Of a stretch of 64,000 bases of DNA, positions 1-12,700 are shown one piece after another. Source of the stretch: Eledone cirrhosa (lineage: Eukaryota); contig OZ024744.1 in NCBI GenBank assembly GCA_964016885.1, forward strand, positions 46,686,001 to 46,750,000, written 5' to 3'. A model generated the notes under the pieces. That model did not search any database and was not told the origin of the DNA. It was given only the letters and a program-made list of their open reading frames with translations. Both the position numbers and the translations under genes were made by a program. Numbering within the stretch: the first letter of the stretch is position 1; each line of letters starts with the position of its first letter.

Positions 1-419
1 TATATATATAGCACATATGTATGCATATGTACATACGCACTCACATATATATAAATGTCTACACACACACACATATATGTATATATATAGTGAAGTCATA
101 CATCCTATTATGTGTTCAATTCTCAGCTAGGGAGGTACATTGTGTCCTTAAGCAAGACACATCATTCCACATGTCTCTAATCTCCACAGCTGAAAAAGAC
201 AAGTAACAGAATTAGTTGGATGTTTAGCATGGGTTGGATCTCTGCCTCCAACCTGTTGACTGCGGCCACAAACCCAGGCTTCACTGCCTGTAATAGAGAG
301 AAGAGGAAGATAGGGAGGGGCTGAGTCACAGCTCAGACAGGAGTATAGTGTCTGTCCCTCACCCATTAGGTGGATTACCAGAATGAGTTGAGGGTCGGAT
401 GCCATGCTTTGCAGCATAG

Positions 420-555
420 AGTCACGCCCCTTTACGGTTTGAGTTCAAATCCTGCCCAGGTTAACTTTGTCTTTCATCCTTATGGGGTCGATAAAATAAA
501 GTACCAGTAATGCACTGGGATAATGCTGGCCTTGTGCCAAAAATAGAAACAATTA
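420..555 (+). mobile_element. tRNA-derived SINE fragment
   Basis: B-box-like GAGTTCAAATCC at 441-452, followed by CTTTCATCCT..GGGGTCGATAAAATAAAGTACCAG. Related copies at ~2965-3110, 3180-3245, 5355-5500 and, on the minus strand, 20630-20752, 33657-33828 and 55660-55823. Confidence 0.7.
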
Positions 556-1554
556 TTTCAGTTGCTTCATTCATTTTCATTTTTCGTTCTTTACATTTTT
601 AGTTTATTACCTTTAATAATGTGTTTTGTTTTAATATGAACAGTTTTGTAACATTAATAATGTTATTTATACAAATCTGAATAAAGAACTAACATATACA
701 TTAAAGGTGTGAAGTAATATAACTGAAGTTGTTTCTGAATGTATTAAATTATGTAGGGGACTTTTAAGTGATGACACCGGTGTCAACTAGACAGTGAAAT
801 ATTACCATTTGTATCAGCTCCATTGTTACAACTTAAACCTCATCTAATTTTATATTTTATGGTTATTATTTCCTATTAAGGTGAACGTTAATGTTTGTAA
901 ATAACATAAGGTGACTTATTTACCTTATAGTTGTTGTTTTATCACCTGTATTATTAAATATTGAAGTGGTTGTTCAACATTAGACAGGACAGGAAAATAT
1001 TATTTTAATCAGAAATCAGTGAACATTTAGTTTTTACTAACTTTTCTTGACTTTATATTTGGTCTTGAAAACTAAAGTACGTATTATTTCGTTTTCCACC
1101 ACAACCCAAACATTGTGAACTTTTCTATCTGAAGTGAAATATCTTGATTTATTACAACACCTACACATTTTTACACACACACACGTCTATTTATTTCTCT
1201 CTCTCATACCTACACACTATGTCTGTATATATATATTAACCTTCATCTTTTGAAATTATGGATATTAATTCTCTTGTCACCTGAAATGTCCTAAATGACA
1301 AGAACCTTAACTATAGAAGCCTTATTCGTCTGTTTTATGAGCTGAGGATTTTATTGTGAATAGAGCTTCTCTCACTTTAACAAAAATTAAAAAAATACAC
1401 ACACACATATATATATATATATTAGCACTTGCTTTTTCTTATTCCAAGATTAGTCTTACGCTTTCATACATCTTATTACTTTACCAACTGAATGCTACAT
1501 TTCTTAATATATGAGTGGAAGTGGTGAGATTCCTTTATGAAATATCTCTGAATA

Positions 1555-1900
1555 TAGCTGTGAGATTTGCAGGAAAACTTTCTCTTCAAAACTGAAACTC
1601 TCCTCACACGAGAAAATACACAGTAGAGAAAAACCCTTCCACTGAAATATGTGGGAAATCTTTTACTGATAATTCTAATCTTGTCGTCCACATACGGAGT
1701 CACACTGGTGAAAAAACCTTCCATTGTGAAATATGTGGGAAATCTTTTTCACTGAGTTATCATCTTGTACGTCACAAAAGAACACACACTGGTGAAGAAC
1801 CTTATTCATGTGAAATATGTGGGAAATCTTTCACTGAGAATTCGTCACTGGTTGTTCACCTACGTAGTCAACACTTGCGGTAAACCGTGAAATGTGAAAT
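1555..1900 (+). pseudogene. degenerate C2H2 zinc-finger array (about 3-4 fingers, frameshifted)
   Basis: Repeated GAAATATGTGGGAAATCTTT (EICGKSF) and CACACTGGTGAA (HTGE linker) with indels. No intact ORF on the + strand. Confidence 0.85.
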
Positions 1901-2069
1901 AGACAAATATATAGACACACTTTGGAAGGCAGAATATAAAATGTGAAGCTTGAGAAATTTTATACATCTCAACATATATGTTGTATGTGTGTGTGTATAT
2001 ATATATATTTTTTATTATTTTTATTTTTTAATACATTACTCAAAGGGAAGAAATATACTGACATATATC

Positions 2070-2245
2070 AAAGATTACCACAATAACTAGGGAGCGGAGG
2101 ACAAGATATGCTGGACATTGCTACTGAGGGTAGGATAAGTTGGCTATTGTAGTCGATACCTAAACACCCTAGTGGGATGACTGAGATTGACCTACATAGA
2201 TCAGATGTCCAGTTGGAGATTAATGATCTCAGGAATGCCAAAAAG
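2070..2245 (+). mobile_element. RTE-like LINE 3' coding remnant
   Basis: Manual translation gives RERRTRYAGHCY, which resembles the RRLRLAGH C-terminal motif of the LINE at 35888-36296. Stops present. Confidence 0.45.
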
Positions 2246-2796
2246 AAGAGTACAATTATTCTGGCCAATCAACCTGACCTAATAAATCTAAACTATAATA
2301 AAGTAAGGATCGCGGGACTGCGTACGGTTTATATTTTTTATCCCATTAGTAAAATAAGTTGCATTACTTTGAATAAATAATGAAGGAATATTACATAATT
2401 TATCTACTAAATTTCATGGCTGTTGATTAAATATATTTTGTTTTTTTAAAGATTCACTTCTTTAAAATTTCTGAAATGTCAACACTTCCGGTTAGCCATC
2501 GCTTAAATAAACATTAATATATTTCCGTCACTAATTTTCTCCTAATGCAGTTTATATATAATATCGTCTTTTTTAATGTATCATGGATTACGTTACTGAT
2601 TAAATAAGACAGTGTAACGCAGTCTTCGTTCAATTTCTATGTATTATATATTGTCAATTACGATTTTATTTGATGTATCATATCTACCTGCGTATAATAT
2701 TAATATGCACACTACACATGCTAGCAGAAAATAATATTAATATATATTTTGAACATTATTATGGTGAAATAAGTTGGAAATCATTCTCAGAGGTTT

Positions 2797-5700
2797 TGTA
2801 TTGTAATTAACATATACACCCTGTAGAAAGTACCCCTTCATATTATTTGTCATTAAGGGCTATTACAGAGACACAATCTCATTTCATTGTTGAGGGTGGT
2901 GGATTTGCAGTATCAGTAGTGTCAGACGATATGCTTTGTGTCATGAAGTTACAGTCCTTTATGTTCTGGGTTTAAATCATGCCATCGTCAACTTTGACTT
3001 TCATCCATTCAAGGTTGATTAAAAACAGTAACAGTAATGCACTGGGGCTGATTTAATTGGCATTCCCCTTTCTCTTCAAATTGCTGGCCTTGAGTCAAAA
3101 GTAGAAACATTTATTTAAAGTCTATAAAACAATAGATAGAATGCTTTCTGCCATATTTATCCTGGTTCTCTGCTCTCTGGGTTTAAATCCTGCTGAGGTC
3201 AACTTTCTTTCGTCCATTCAAGGTTGATAAAAAACAATACCAGTCTATCACTGAGGTCTGTTCTTCCTCTCTATATTACTATCTCACTTCCTCCCTCTTA
3301 TTCTCTCTCCTTCTCTGGAAGAAATCAACTGTTCAAACCTGGAGAGTTAAGGGCTCTACCAGACTTCAAATGCCCACAGTGACACCCTTATGACTACATC
3401 ATTTAAAAAAACAAAACATTCATATGTACATTTAGTAAACCTTAACTGGTTTATATTTATATTTATGACAAAATATCCACATGTGTAAATAAAAACAATT
3501 GCATAACTTTAATATTTGTTGGATGGTACTTTCATGACAGTTGAAATTTTGACTTTTTAAAAAAATAATTCACATTTGAAAATACTTTACAACTTTCTTC
3601 TCTTTTTCTTCAGCCATTTATTTCTGAGAGGGTTGTAGGGGGTAGAGTCCTCACACACCCCTTCTAGGTCCTTGTGTGTAAAATTTCCTCTTTACACTAC
3701 ACATCACCCTGCACACACACACACCACATACCACACCACAACACACCACACCACATACCATACCACACCACACCATATACCATACAACACCACACCACAT
3801 ACAATACCACACCACACCACATACAATACCACACCACACCACATACCGCACGACAACACACCACACCACACTACATAGCACACCACATACCATACCACAC
3901 CACAACACACCACACCACCACACCACATACCTTACCATCACACAGCACACCACACATCATGCCTCCCCACAACATACCACACCACAACACACCACACCAC
4001 AAAACAACACACCACACCACACCATATCACACCACATCACATACCACATACCACACCACACCACATACCAAACCACATCACATACCACACCACCACATAC
4101 CACAACACACCACACATCATGCCACACCACAACACCCCACATATCATATCACACCACAACACACCATACCACACCACACCACATATCACACCCCACAACA
4201 ACACACCACACACCACACCACACCACACCACAGCACACCACACCACATCATACCACAACACACCACATATCATGCCACACCACACCACATACCACACCAC
4301 ACACCACAACACAACAGACATATACAAACCAGGTAGTTATACCAGCCCAGTATCTTGATTTTAGTGATTGTTTTGTAATAAATCTCATCTCAGTTCTTAC
4401 TTACCAAGTGGAGTGGAACTCATCAGATTGGACCAAGGAAACAATGTTTCCATTGGTCTTTCCAGTTGATGATATTGAATCGGATTAGAAAGAGAGAAAA
4501 AAAAATAGAGAATATATTTATTATTGTCGTTGTGTTGCCAAACAATGCCAAAAGTCACTGACCTGCATCAAGAAGGCCATTGGAGCGTCACTCACAGAAG
4601 CTGATAAAGCAGCCAGCTTGACAGCTGATATAGGTAGCACCAACAATTATCACTACCCTTAACAAGAGGAAGGCAACGACAGAAACAGTGACAATAACAA
4701 CGACCCCCGCATCTTCGGTTAAAGAAGGTGTTCGAGCCCCAGCAACCAACCTGGCGGCCCAAATAGGTAGCAGCTTCAACTAACACCACCATCAACAAGA
4801 GGAAGGCAGCGGTGACATTACAACATATGTGTATACACCAACATCTTACCAGCAAACACTGCCATTACCATTAACAAGAGGAAGCCAACTCCAGCATAAG
4901 TGACAATAACAACAACACATGTTTTCAGGATTGAAAGACTCACCTTTAGCCACAAGGTTCTATGAGAAACTGCTAACATGCTCGCATGTGTGCGTGCTGA
5001 ACTCTGGGTCTTCCTGCTGGGAACAAACCCCTGTTTTCTTTTTTGTACATTCATCCATTCATTCATTTATTTATTTGCTAACATTCTACCTTCTTGTGTG
5101 CCCCCTCCATGCACCTCCTTCTTTTCTCTCTTGTCTTCTGATGCCTCCATATCTGATGTAGGTGAGCTATGAGGCCCTCTTGTAATTGTAATTAACAAAT
5201 ACACCCTGTAGAAAGTACCCCTTCATATTATTTGTCATTAAGGGCTCTTACAGAGACACAATCTCATTTCATTGTTGAGGGTGGTGGATTTGCAGTATCA
5301 GTAGAGTGTCAGACGATATGCTTTGTGTCATAAAGTTACAGTCCTTTATGTTCTGGCTTTAAATCATGCCATGGTCAACTTTGACCGTCATCCATTCAAG
5401 GTTGATAAAAAACAGTAACAGTAATGCACTGGGGCTGATTTAATTGGCATTCCCCTTTTTCTTCAAATTGCAGGCCTTGAGTGAAAAGTAGAAACATTTA
5501 TATAAAGTCTATTACTTCCTCCCTCTTATTCTCTACTTCTCTGGAAGAAATCAACTGTTCAAACCTGGAGAGTGAAGGGCTCCACCAAGCTTCAAATGTC
5601 CACAGTGACACCCCTACGACTACATCATTAAAAAAAAAACATTGATGTGTTTGAGTGTTTATTTAGTAAACCTTAACTGGTTTATATTTATATTTATGAC

Positions 5701-7500
5701 AAAATATCCTACATGTGTAAATAAAAACAATTGCATAACTTTATTATTTGTTGGGTGGTACTTTCATGACAGTTGAAATTTTGACTTTTTAAAAATATAA
5801 TTCACATTTGAAAATACTTTACAACTTTCTTCTCTTTTTCTTCAGCCATTTATTTCTGAGAGGGTTGTAGGGGGTAGAGTCCTCACACACCCCTCCTAGG
5901 TCCTATGTGTGTAAAATTTCCCCTTTACACTACACATCACCCTGCACACACACACACCACATACCACACCCCACCAGAACACATCACATTCCATACCACA
6001 CTACCCACCACATACCACACCACACCAGAACACATCACATTCCGTACGACACCACATACCACACCATATTACACACCACATACCATACCATACCACACCA
6101 CATACCATACCACACCACACCACATACCATACCACACCACATACCATACCACACCACACTACATACCACACCACCACATACCACACCACATACCACACCA
6201 CACCACTTCACATACCACAACACACCACATACCACACCACTTCACATAGCACAACACCATACACCACACCACAAACCACACCACATACCACACCATGCCA
6301 CACCACAACACACCACACACCACAAAACATACCACACCACACCACACCACATACCACACCACATACCATACCACACCACACCACATACCACAACACACCA
6401 CATATCATGCCACACCACCCCACATACCACACCACACACCACAACACAACAGACATATACAAACCAGGTAGTTATACCAACCCAGTATCTTGAATTTAGT
6501 GATTTTTTTAAAACAAATCTCAACATCTCAGTTCTTACTTACTCATCAGATTGGACCAAGGAAACAATGTTTCCATTGGTCTTTCCAATTGATGATATTG
6601 AATCGGATTAGAAAGAGAGAAAAAAAAATAAAGAATATATTTATTTGCCATTGTGTTGCCAAATGATGACAAAAGCCATTGACCTGCATCTTCGGTTAAG
6701 AAGGCCATTGGAGCGTCACTCACAAAAGCTGATACAGCAGCCAGCTTGACAGCTGATATAGGTAGCACCAACAATTATCACTACCATTAACAAGAGGAAG
6801 GCAACGACAGAAACAGTGAAAATAACAACGACCCCGCATCTTCGGTTAAAGAAGGCGTTCGAGCCCCAGCAACCAACCTGGCGGCCCGAATAGGTAGCAG
6901 TTTCAACCACCACCAACATCAACAAGAGGAAGGCAGCGGTGACATTAACATCAACAGCATATATGTGCATATACACCAACAATTTACCAGCAAACACTAC
7001 CATTAACAAGAGGAAGGCAGTGACAGCAGCGGTGACATTAACAACAACAATATATATGTGTATACACCAACGACTTACCAACAAACACTACCATCAACAA
7101 GAGGAAGGCAGTGACAGCAGCGGTGACATTAACAACAACAATATATATGTGTATACACCAACAACTAACCAACAAACACTACCACTACCATTAACAAGAG
7201 GAAGCCAACTCCAGCATCAGTGACAATAACAACAACACATACGTTTTCAGGATTGAAAGACTCCCCTTTAGCCACAAGGTTCTATGAGAAACTGCTAACA
7301 TGCTCGCATGTGTGCGTGCTAAACTCTGGGTCTTCCCGCTGGGAACAACTCCCTGTTTTCTTTTTTGTATATTCATTCATTCATTTATTTATTTGCTAAC
7401 ATTTATCTTCTTGTGTGTGTGTCCCCCCTCCATGCACCCCTTCTTTTCTCTCTTCTCTTCTGACGCCTCATCTGATGTAGGTGAGCTATGAGGCCCTCTT
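2797..7500. repeat. tandem segmental duplication, two ~2.3-kb copies (2797-5180, 5181-7500)
   Basis: Both copies start TTGTAATTAACA.ATACACCCTGTAGAAAGTACCCC and end GGTGAGCTATGAGGCCCTCT, and are colinear throughout. Confidence 0.95.
3702..4316. repeat. degenerate (CACCA)n microsatellite
   Basis: Seen directly. Second copy at ~5930-6450. It explains the His/Thr/Pro-rich and Val/Trp/Cys-rich ORFs. Confidence 0.95.
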
Positions 7501-8545
7501 ATCAGCACTTTTCCTTCCACCCACACAGTTGTACCTAGCACCTAGGCTGGTCGCAGCCAGCCACCCACCCCTGATGCCGCTCCTTGCCCCACACCCTATC
7601 CTCCATCCTCACCAGTCGACACCTGCAGCACCTCGCATAGTGGAGATGCAGAAACTGTCTCTTTGCCTCGTCTGCCCAGCCACGGCCATCTAGCACACTA
7701 CCAGATGAGAGAACGAGCTTACCTGATGCCCAAGCGTCGCTGGTCATCATCGCTCAGCTCAGGCAGTGCCGGAAGATACCACTCAGGATCCCGAGTGCAG
7801 CACGGGTGCCAGTAGCCGATGCCCTTGCTTCGATGATTGGGAGTGCCCTGGAATCAAAGCGAACCAGCGACTGGGTGCAACTCTTCTAATTTGCCCCACT
7901 CGACCTCGGCCTCCCCATCTCTGGTGCCATCCGGGCCGGCTGGTCGACAGCAGCCTTTGTCAAGGCCAATGTTTCGTCCTTTGGGCAAGTGCCCATTCCA
8001 AATGTGCCTAAGGACACCACATACCCCGCTCTCGGTTGCCCCCGATCCTCCACCCCTGAGCCACTCGCTGATCTCAGACCCATAGCCCCACCCAATCCCC
8101 ACTTGCTCCTTGTGGCATCCAATGCAGACATCATGTCCGCTATCAAGTCCTTCCCAGCTAGCATCAGCGGAGGTGTTGATGGTATCCGGCCTGGCCACCT
8201 CAAGATGTTTCTATCCCCCCTCTCCGCTGAGGCCGGGCGCTGCCTTCTGAGTTCAATTGTGGCACTCAACAATAGGCTAATCCATGGCGCCCTGGACCCT
8301 CACACCCGAGGCCTCTTTTTCGGCCTGCCTGACCTTTCACAGGGAGAAAGAGGGTGGCATAGGCCCTATCTCTGTGGGCAATGTCTTCCAGGGGCTGGCT
8401 GCCAAGCTGGTCTGCAGGTCCATAACACCTGAACTGGGTGAGGAGTTCAGTCCAGTGCAACTGAGTGTCGGCGTGTGAGCGGGCCGCACATGCAACCAGT
8501 CAGCTGCCCACCAGAACTGGCATCCAGGGACTCCAAGCACCTCAT
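7480..8545 (+). mobile_element. CRE-clade-like non-LTR retrotransposon, degenerate RT N-terminal fragment
   Basis: GC-rich island. Frameshifted translation AIKSFP..GGVDGIRPGHLK...FF / KEGGIGPISVGNVFQGLAAK...SPVQLSVGV matches the GPDG.RP.HLK and GGIRPIAVG RT motifs of CRE-type elements. Confidence 0.75.
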
Positions 8546-8705
8546 TGTCAATGTGGTTGGCATTAGGAAGGGCATCCAGCTATAAAATCCAGCCAGAAAT
8601 ACCCCTATATGAGCTGTCACGGTCACCCGGAACAACTTGCCTCAAAATAGGACCTGTGTAACCCATGGAAGATAGATGTTAATCGATGATGGTGATGATG
8701 ATGAT
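8545..8705 (+). mobile_element. RTE LINE 3' tail fragment with (GAT)n
   Basis: AATGTGGTTGG..TTAGGAAGGGCATCCAGCT, as in the 3'UTR at 26878-26910, ending in GATGATGAT. Confidence 0.75.
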
Positions 8706-9144
8706 ATATATGTAGTGTATACATCGTATGTATAGTGCATATATATATATATGATAAATGTTGTTGTCAAGCTGTTTCAGCCATTCCTCTGGACATTATA
8801 TATAGTGTATGTATGTAGTATATATATATATATATATATAGTGTATATAATAGTTGTAATGTCACAGGTGCCGATCTATATCAGCCTTTCCCTTGGACAA
8901 CATGACATATAGTCTATATATATTGGACAATATTATATATAGTGTATATGTGGTGTATATAGTAGTTGTGACAATATTCTATATACATATGAACACACAC
9001 ACTGACAAACATGTATATACATATAGAAGGGTCAGATGAGGAGTTCATAGACTGACCAAGTTACTCTCATGGAATGAGACAATGTATACACACAAATATA
9101 TACTATATATATATATGTATACAAACACATATATATTTTAGAGA

Positions 9145-9528
9145 GAAGTCATACATCATATTGTAATGTTTCAATTCTCAGCCAGGGAGGTACATTGTGT
9201 CCTTAAGCAAGACACATCATTCCACATGTCTCTCATGTTTTTGTTTTTCATCCTTTCATTTCCATTTCTTAAACATTTTATTACCTTTAATAATGTGTTT
9301 TGTTTTAATATGAACAGTTATGTAAAATTAATAATGTTATTTATACAAATCTGAATAAAGAACTAACATATCGATTGAACGTGTGAAGTAATATAACTGA
9401 AGTTGTTTCTGGATGTATTAAATTATGTAGGGGACTTTTAAGTGATGGCACCGGTGTCAACTAGACAGTGAAATATTACCATTTATATCAGCTCCATTGT
9501 TACAACTTAAACCTCATCTAATTTTGTC
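9145..9528. repeat. paralog of 90-850 lacking ~390 bp
   Basis: GAAGTCATACATC...CCACATGTCTCT joins, via a short diverged stretch, to TTACCTTTAATAATGTG...AAACCTCATCTAATTTT. Confidence 0.9.
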
Positions 9529-9728
9529 NNNNNNNNNNNNNNNNNNNNNNNNNNNNNNNNNNNNNNNNNNNNNNNNNNNNNNNNNNNNNNNNNNNNNNNN
9601 NNNNNNNNNNNNNNNNNNNNNNNNNNNNNNNNNNNNNNNNNNNNNNNNNNNNNNNNNNNNNNNNNNNNNNNNNNNNNNNNNNNNNNNNNNNNNNNNNNNN
9701 NNNNNNNNNNNNNNNNNNNNNNNNNNNN
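9529..9728. other. assembly gap (200 N)
   Basis: Run of N. True length and continuity across it are unknown. Confidence 1.
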
Positions 9729-12700
9729 ATATACATACTTACTGTACGTCTGTATACATATATGTATGTATGTGTACATACTTATATTTAAGTAACAGCC
9801 GTACTAAGAGTGGGAAATGAAATTTAGTTTCATTTTTTCCGTTTATCGATTTCGGTGCACCCGGCCGATTAATCCACTCGATATGCAAATTAGGCAACTC
9901 AGCCGTTAATATGCATAAGGTAAGTATATACGTTCAACAATCTGGCAGGAAGGTATATGTTGCTGACGATAGCTAATAAGCTTGAAACTAGTACAGCGTT
10001 CCTTTGTCAGCGTTGAGCAAACGAGCAACGATGGTTGCTACACACTACGGCTTAATACGGGATGTTTGTTTACAAACACACCGAGCATTATAATAAATGT
10101 TCGGTGAATCCATACGTACATATATATATGTGTGCATGTATGAATATATATATACGAACTACTGTACGTCTGTATACATATATGTATGTACGTGTACATA
10201 CTTATATTTAAGTAACAGCCGTACTAAGAGTGGGAAATGAAATTTCGTTTCAATTTTTCCGTTTATCGTTTCCGGTGCACCCGGCCGATTAACCCACGCG
10301 ATATGCAAATTGGGCTACTCAGCCGTTAATATGCATAAGGTAAGTATATACGTTCAACAATCTGGCAGGAAGATTTACGTTGCTGACGATAGCTAATAAG
10401 CTTGAAACTAGTACAGCGTTCCTTTGTCAGTGTTGAACAAACGAGCAACGATGGTTGCTGGACACTACGGCTTAATACGGAATGTTTGTTTACAAACACA
10501 CCGAGCATTATAATAAATGATCGGTGAATACATACGTACACATATATATATATGTGCATGTATGTATATATATATATACATACTACTGTACGTCTGTATA
10601 CATATATGTATGTACGTGTACATACTTATATTTAGGTAACAGCCGTACTAAGAGTGGGAAATGAAATTTAGTTTCATTTTTTCCGTTTATCGTTTTCGGT
10701 GCGCCCGGCCGATGAACCCACTCGATATGCAAATTGGCCTACTCAGCCGTTAATATGCATAAGGTAAGTATATACGTTCAACAATCTGGCAGGAAGGTAT
10801 ACGTTTCTGACGATAGCTAATAAGCTTGAAATTAGTACAGCGTTCCTTTGACAGTGTTGAACAAACGATCAACGATGGTTGCTAGACACTATGGCTTAAT
10901 ACGGGATGTTTGTTTACAAACACACCGAGCATTATAATAAATGTTCGGTGAATCCATACGTACATATATATATGTGTGCATCTATGTATATATATATATA
11001 CATACTACTGTACGTCTGTATACATATATGTATGTACGTGTACATACTTATATTTAAGTCACAGCCGTACTAAGAGTGGGAAATGAAATTTCGTTTCGTT
11101 TTTTTACGTTTATGGTTTTCGGTGCAGCCGGTTGATTAACACACTTTAGTATAACGTTCCTTTGTCAGTGTTGAACAAACGAGCAACGATGGTTGCTAGA
11201 CACTACGGCTTAATACGGAATGTTTGTTTACAAACAGACCGAGCATTATAATAAATGTTCGGTAAATCCATACGGACACATATATATGTATGCATGTATG
11301 TATATATATATACATACTACTGTACGTCTGTATACATATATGTATGTACGTGTACATACTTATATTTAAGTAACAACCGTACTAAGAGTGGGAAATGAAA
11401 TTTCGTTTCATTTTTTCCGTTTATCGTTTTCGATGCACCCGGCCGATTAACCCACTCGATATGCAAATTGGGCTACTTCAGCCGTTAATATGCATACGTT
11501 AAGTATATACGTTCAACAATCTGGCAGGAAGGTATACGTTGCTGACGATAGCTAATAAGCTTGAAACTAGTACAGCGTTCCTTTGACAGTGTTGAACAAA
11601 CGATCAACGATGGTTGCTAGACACTATGGCTTAATACAGGATGTTTCTTTACAAACACACCGTGCATTATAATAAATGTTCGGTGAATCCATACATACAT
11701 ATATATATATATGTGTGCATGTATGTATATATATATATATATATACAAACTACTGTACGTCTGTATACATATATGCATGTACGTGTACATACTTATATTT
11801 AAGTAACAGCCGTACTAAGAGTGGGAAATGAAATTTCGTTTCATTTTTTCCGTTTATCGTTTTCGATGCACCCAGCCGATTAACCCACTCGATATGTAAA
11901 TTGGGCTACGCAGCCGTTAATATGCATAACGTAAATATATACGTTCAACAATCTGGCAGCAAGGTATATGTTGCTGACGATAGCTAATAAGCTTGAAACT
12001 AGTACAGCGTTCCTTTGACAGTGTTGAACAAACGATCAACGATGGTTGCTAGACACTATGGCTTAATACGGGATGTTTGTTTACAAACAGACCGAGCATT
12101 ATAATAAATGTTCGGTGAATCCATACGTACAGATATATATGTGTGCATCTATGTATATATAAATACATACTACTGTACGTCTGTATACATATATGTATGT
12201 ACGTGTACATGCTTATATTTAAGTAACAGCCGTACTAAGAGTGGGAAATGAAATTTCGTTTCGTTTTTTACGTTTATGGTTTTCGGTGCACCCGGCCGAT
12301 TAACACACTCTAGTATAGCGTTCCTTTGTCAGTGTTGAACAAACGAGCAACGATGGTTGCTAGACACTACGGCTTAATACGGAATGTTTGTCTACAAACA
12401 GACCGAGCATTATAATAAATGTTCGGTGAATCCATACGGACACATATATATGTGTGCATGTATGTATATATATATATACATACTACTGTACGTCTGTATA
12501 CATATATGTATGTACGTGTACATACTTATATTTAAGTAACAGCCGTACTAAGAGTGGGAAATGAAATTTCGTTTCATTTTTCCCGTTTATCGTTTTCGAT
12601 GCACCCGGCCGATTAACCCACTCGATATACAAATTGGGCTACTCAGTCGTTAATATGCATACGTTAAGTATATACGTTCAACAATCTGGCAGGAAGGTAT

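Noticed and set aside
3651-6611. His/Thr/Pro-rich and Val/Trp/Cys-rich ORFs
   Set aside because: Translations of (CACCA)n in all frames.
9497-9820. ORFs spanning the N run
   Set aside because: Gap artefacts.
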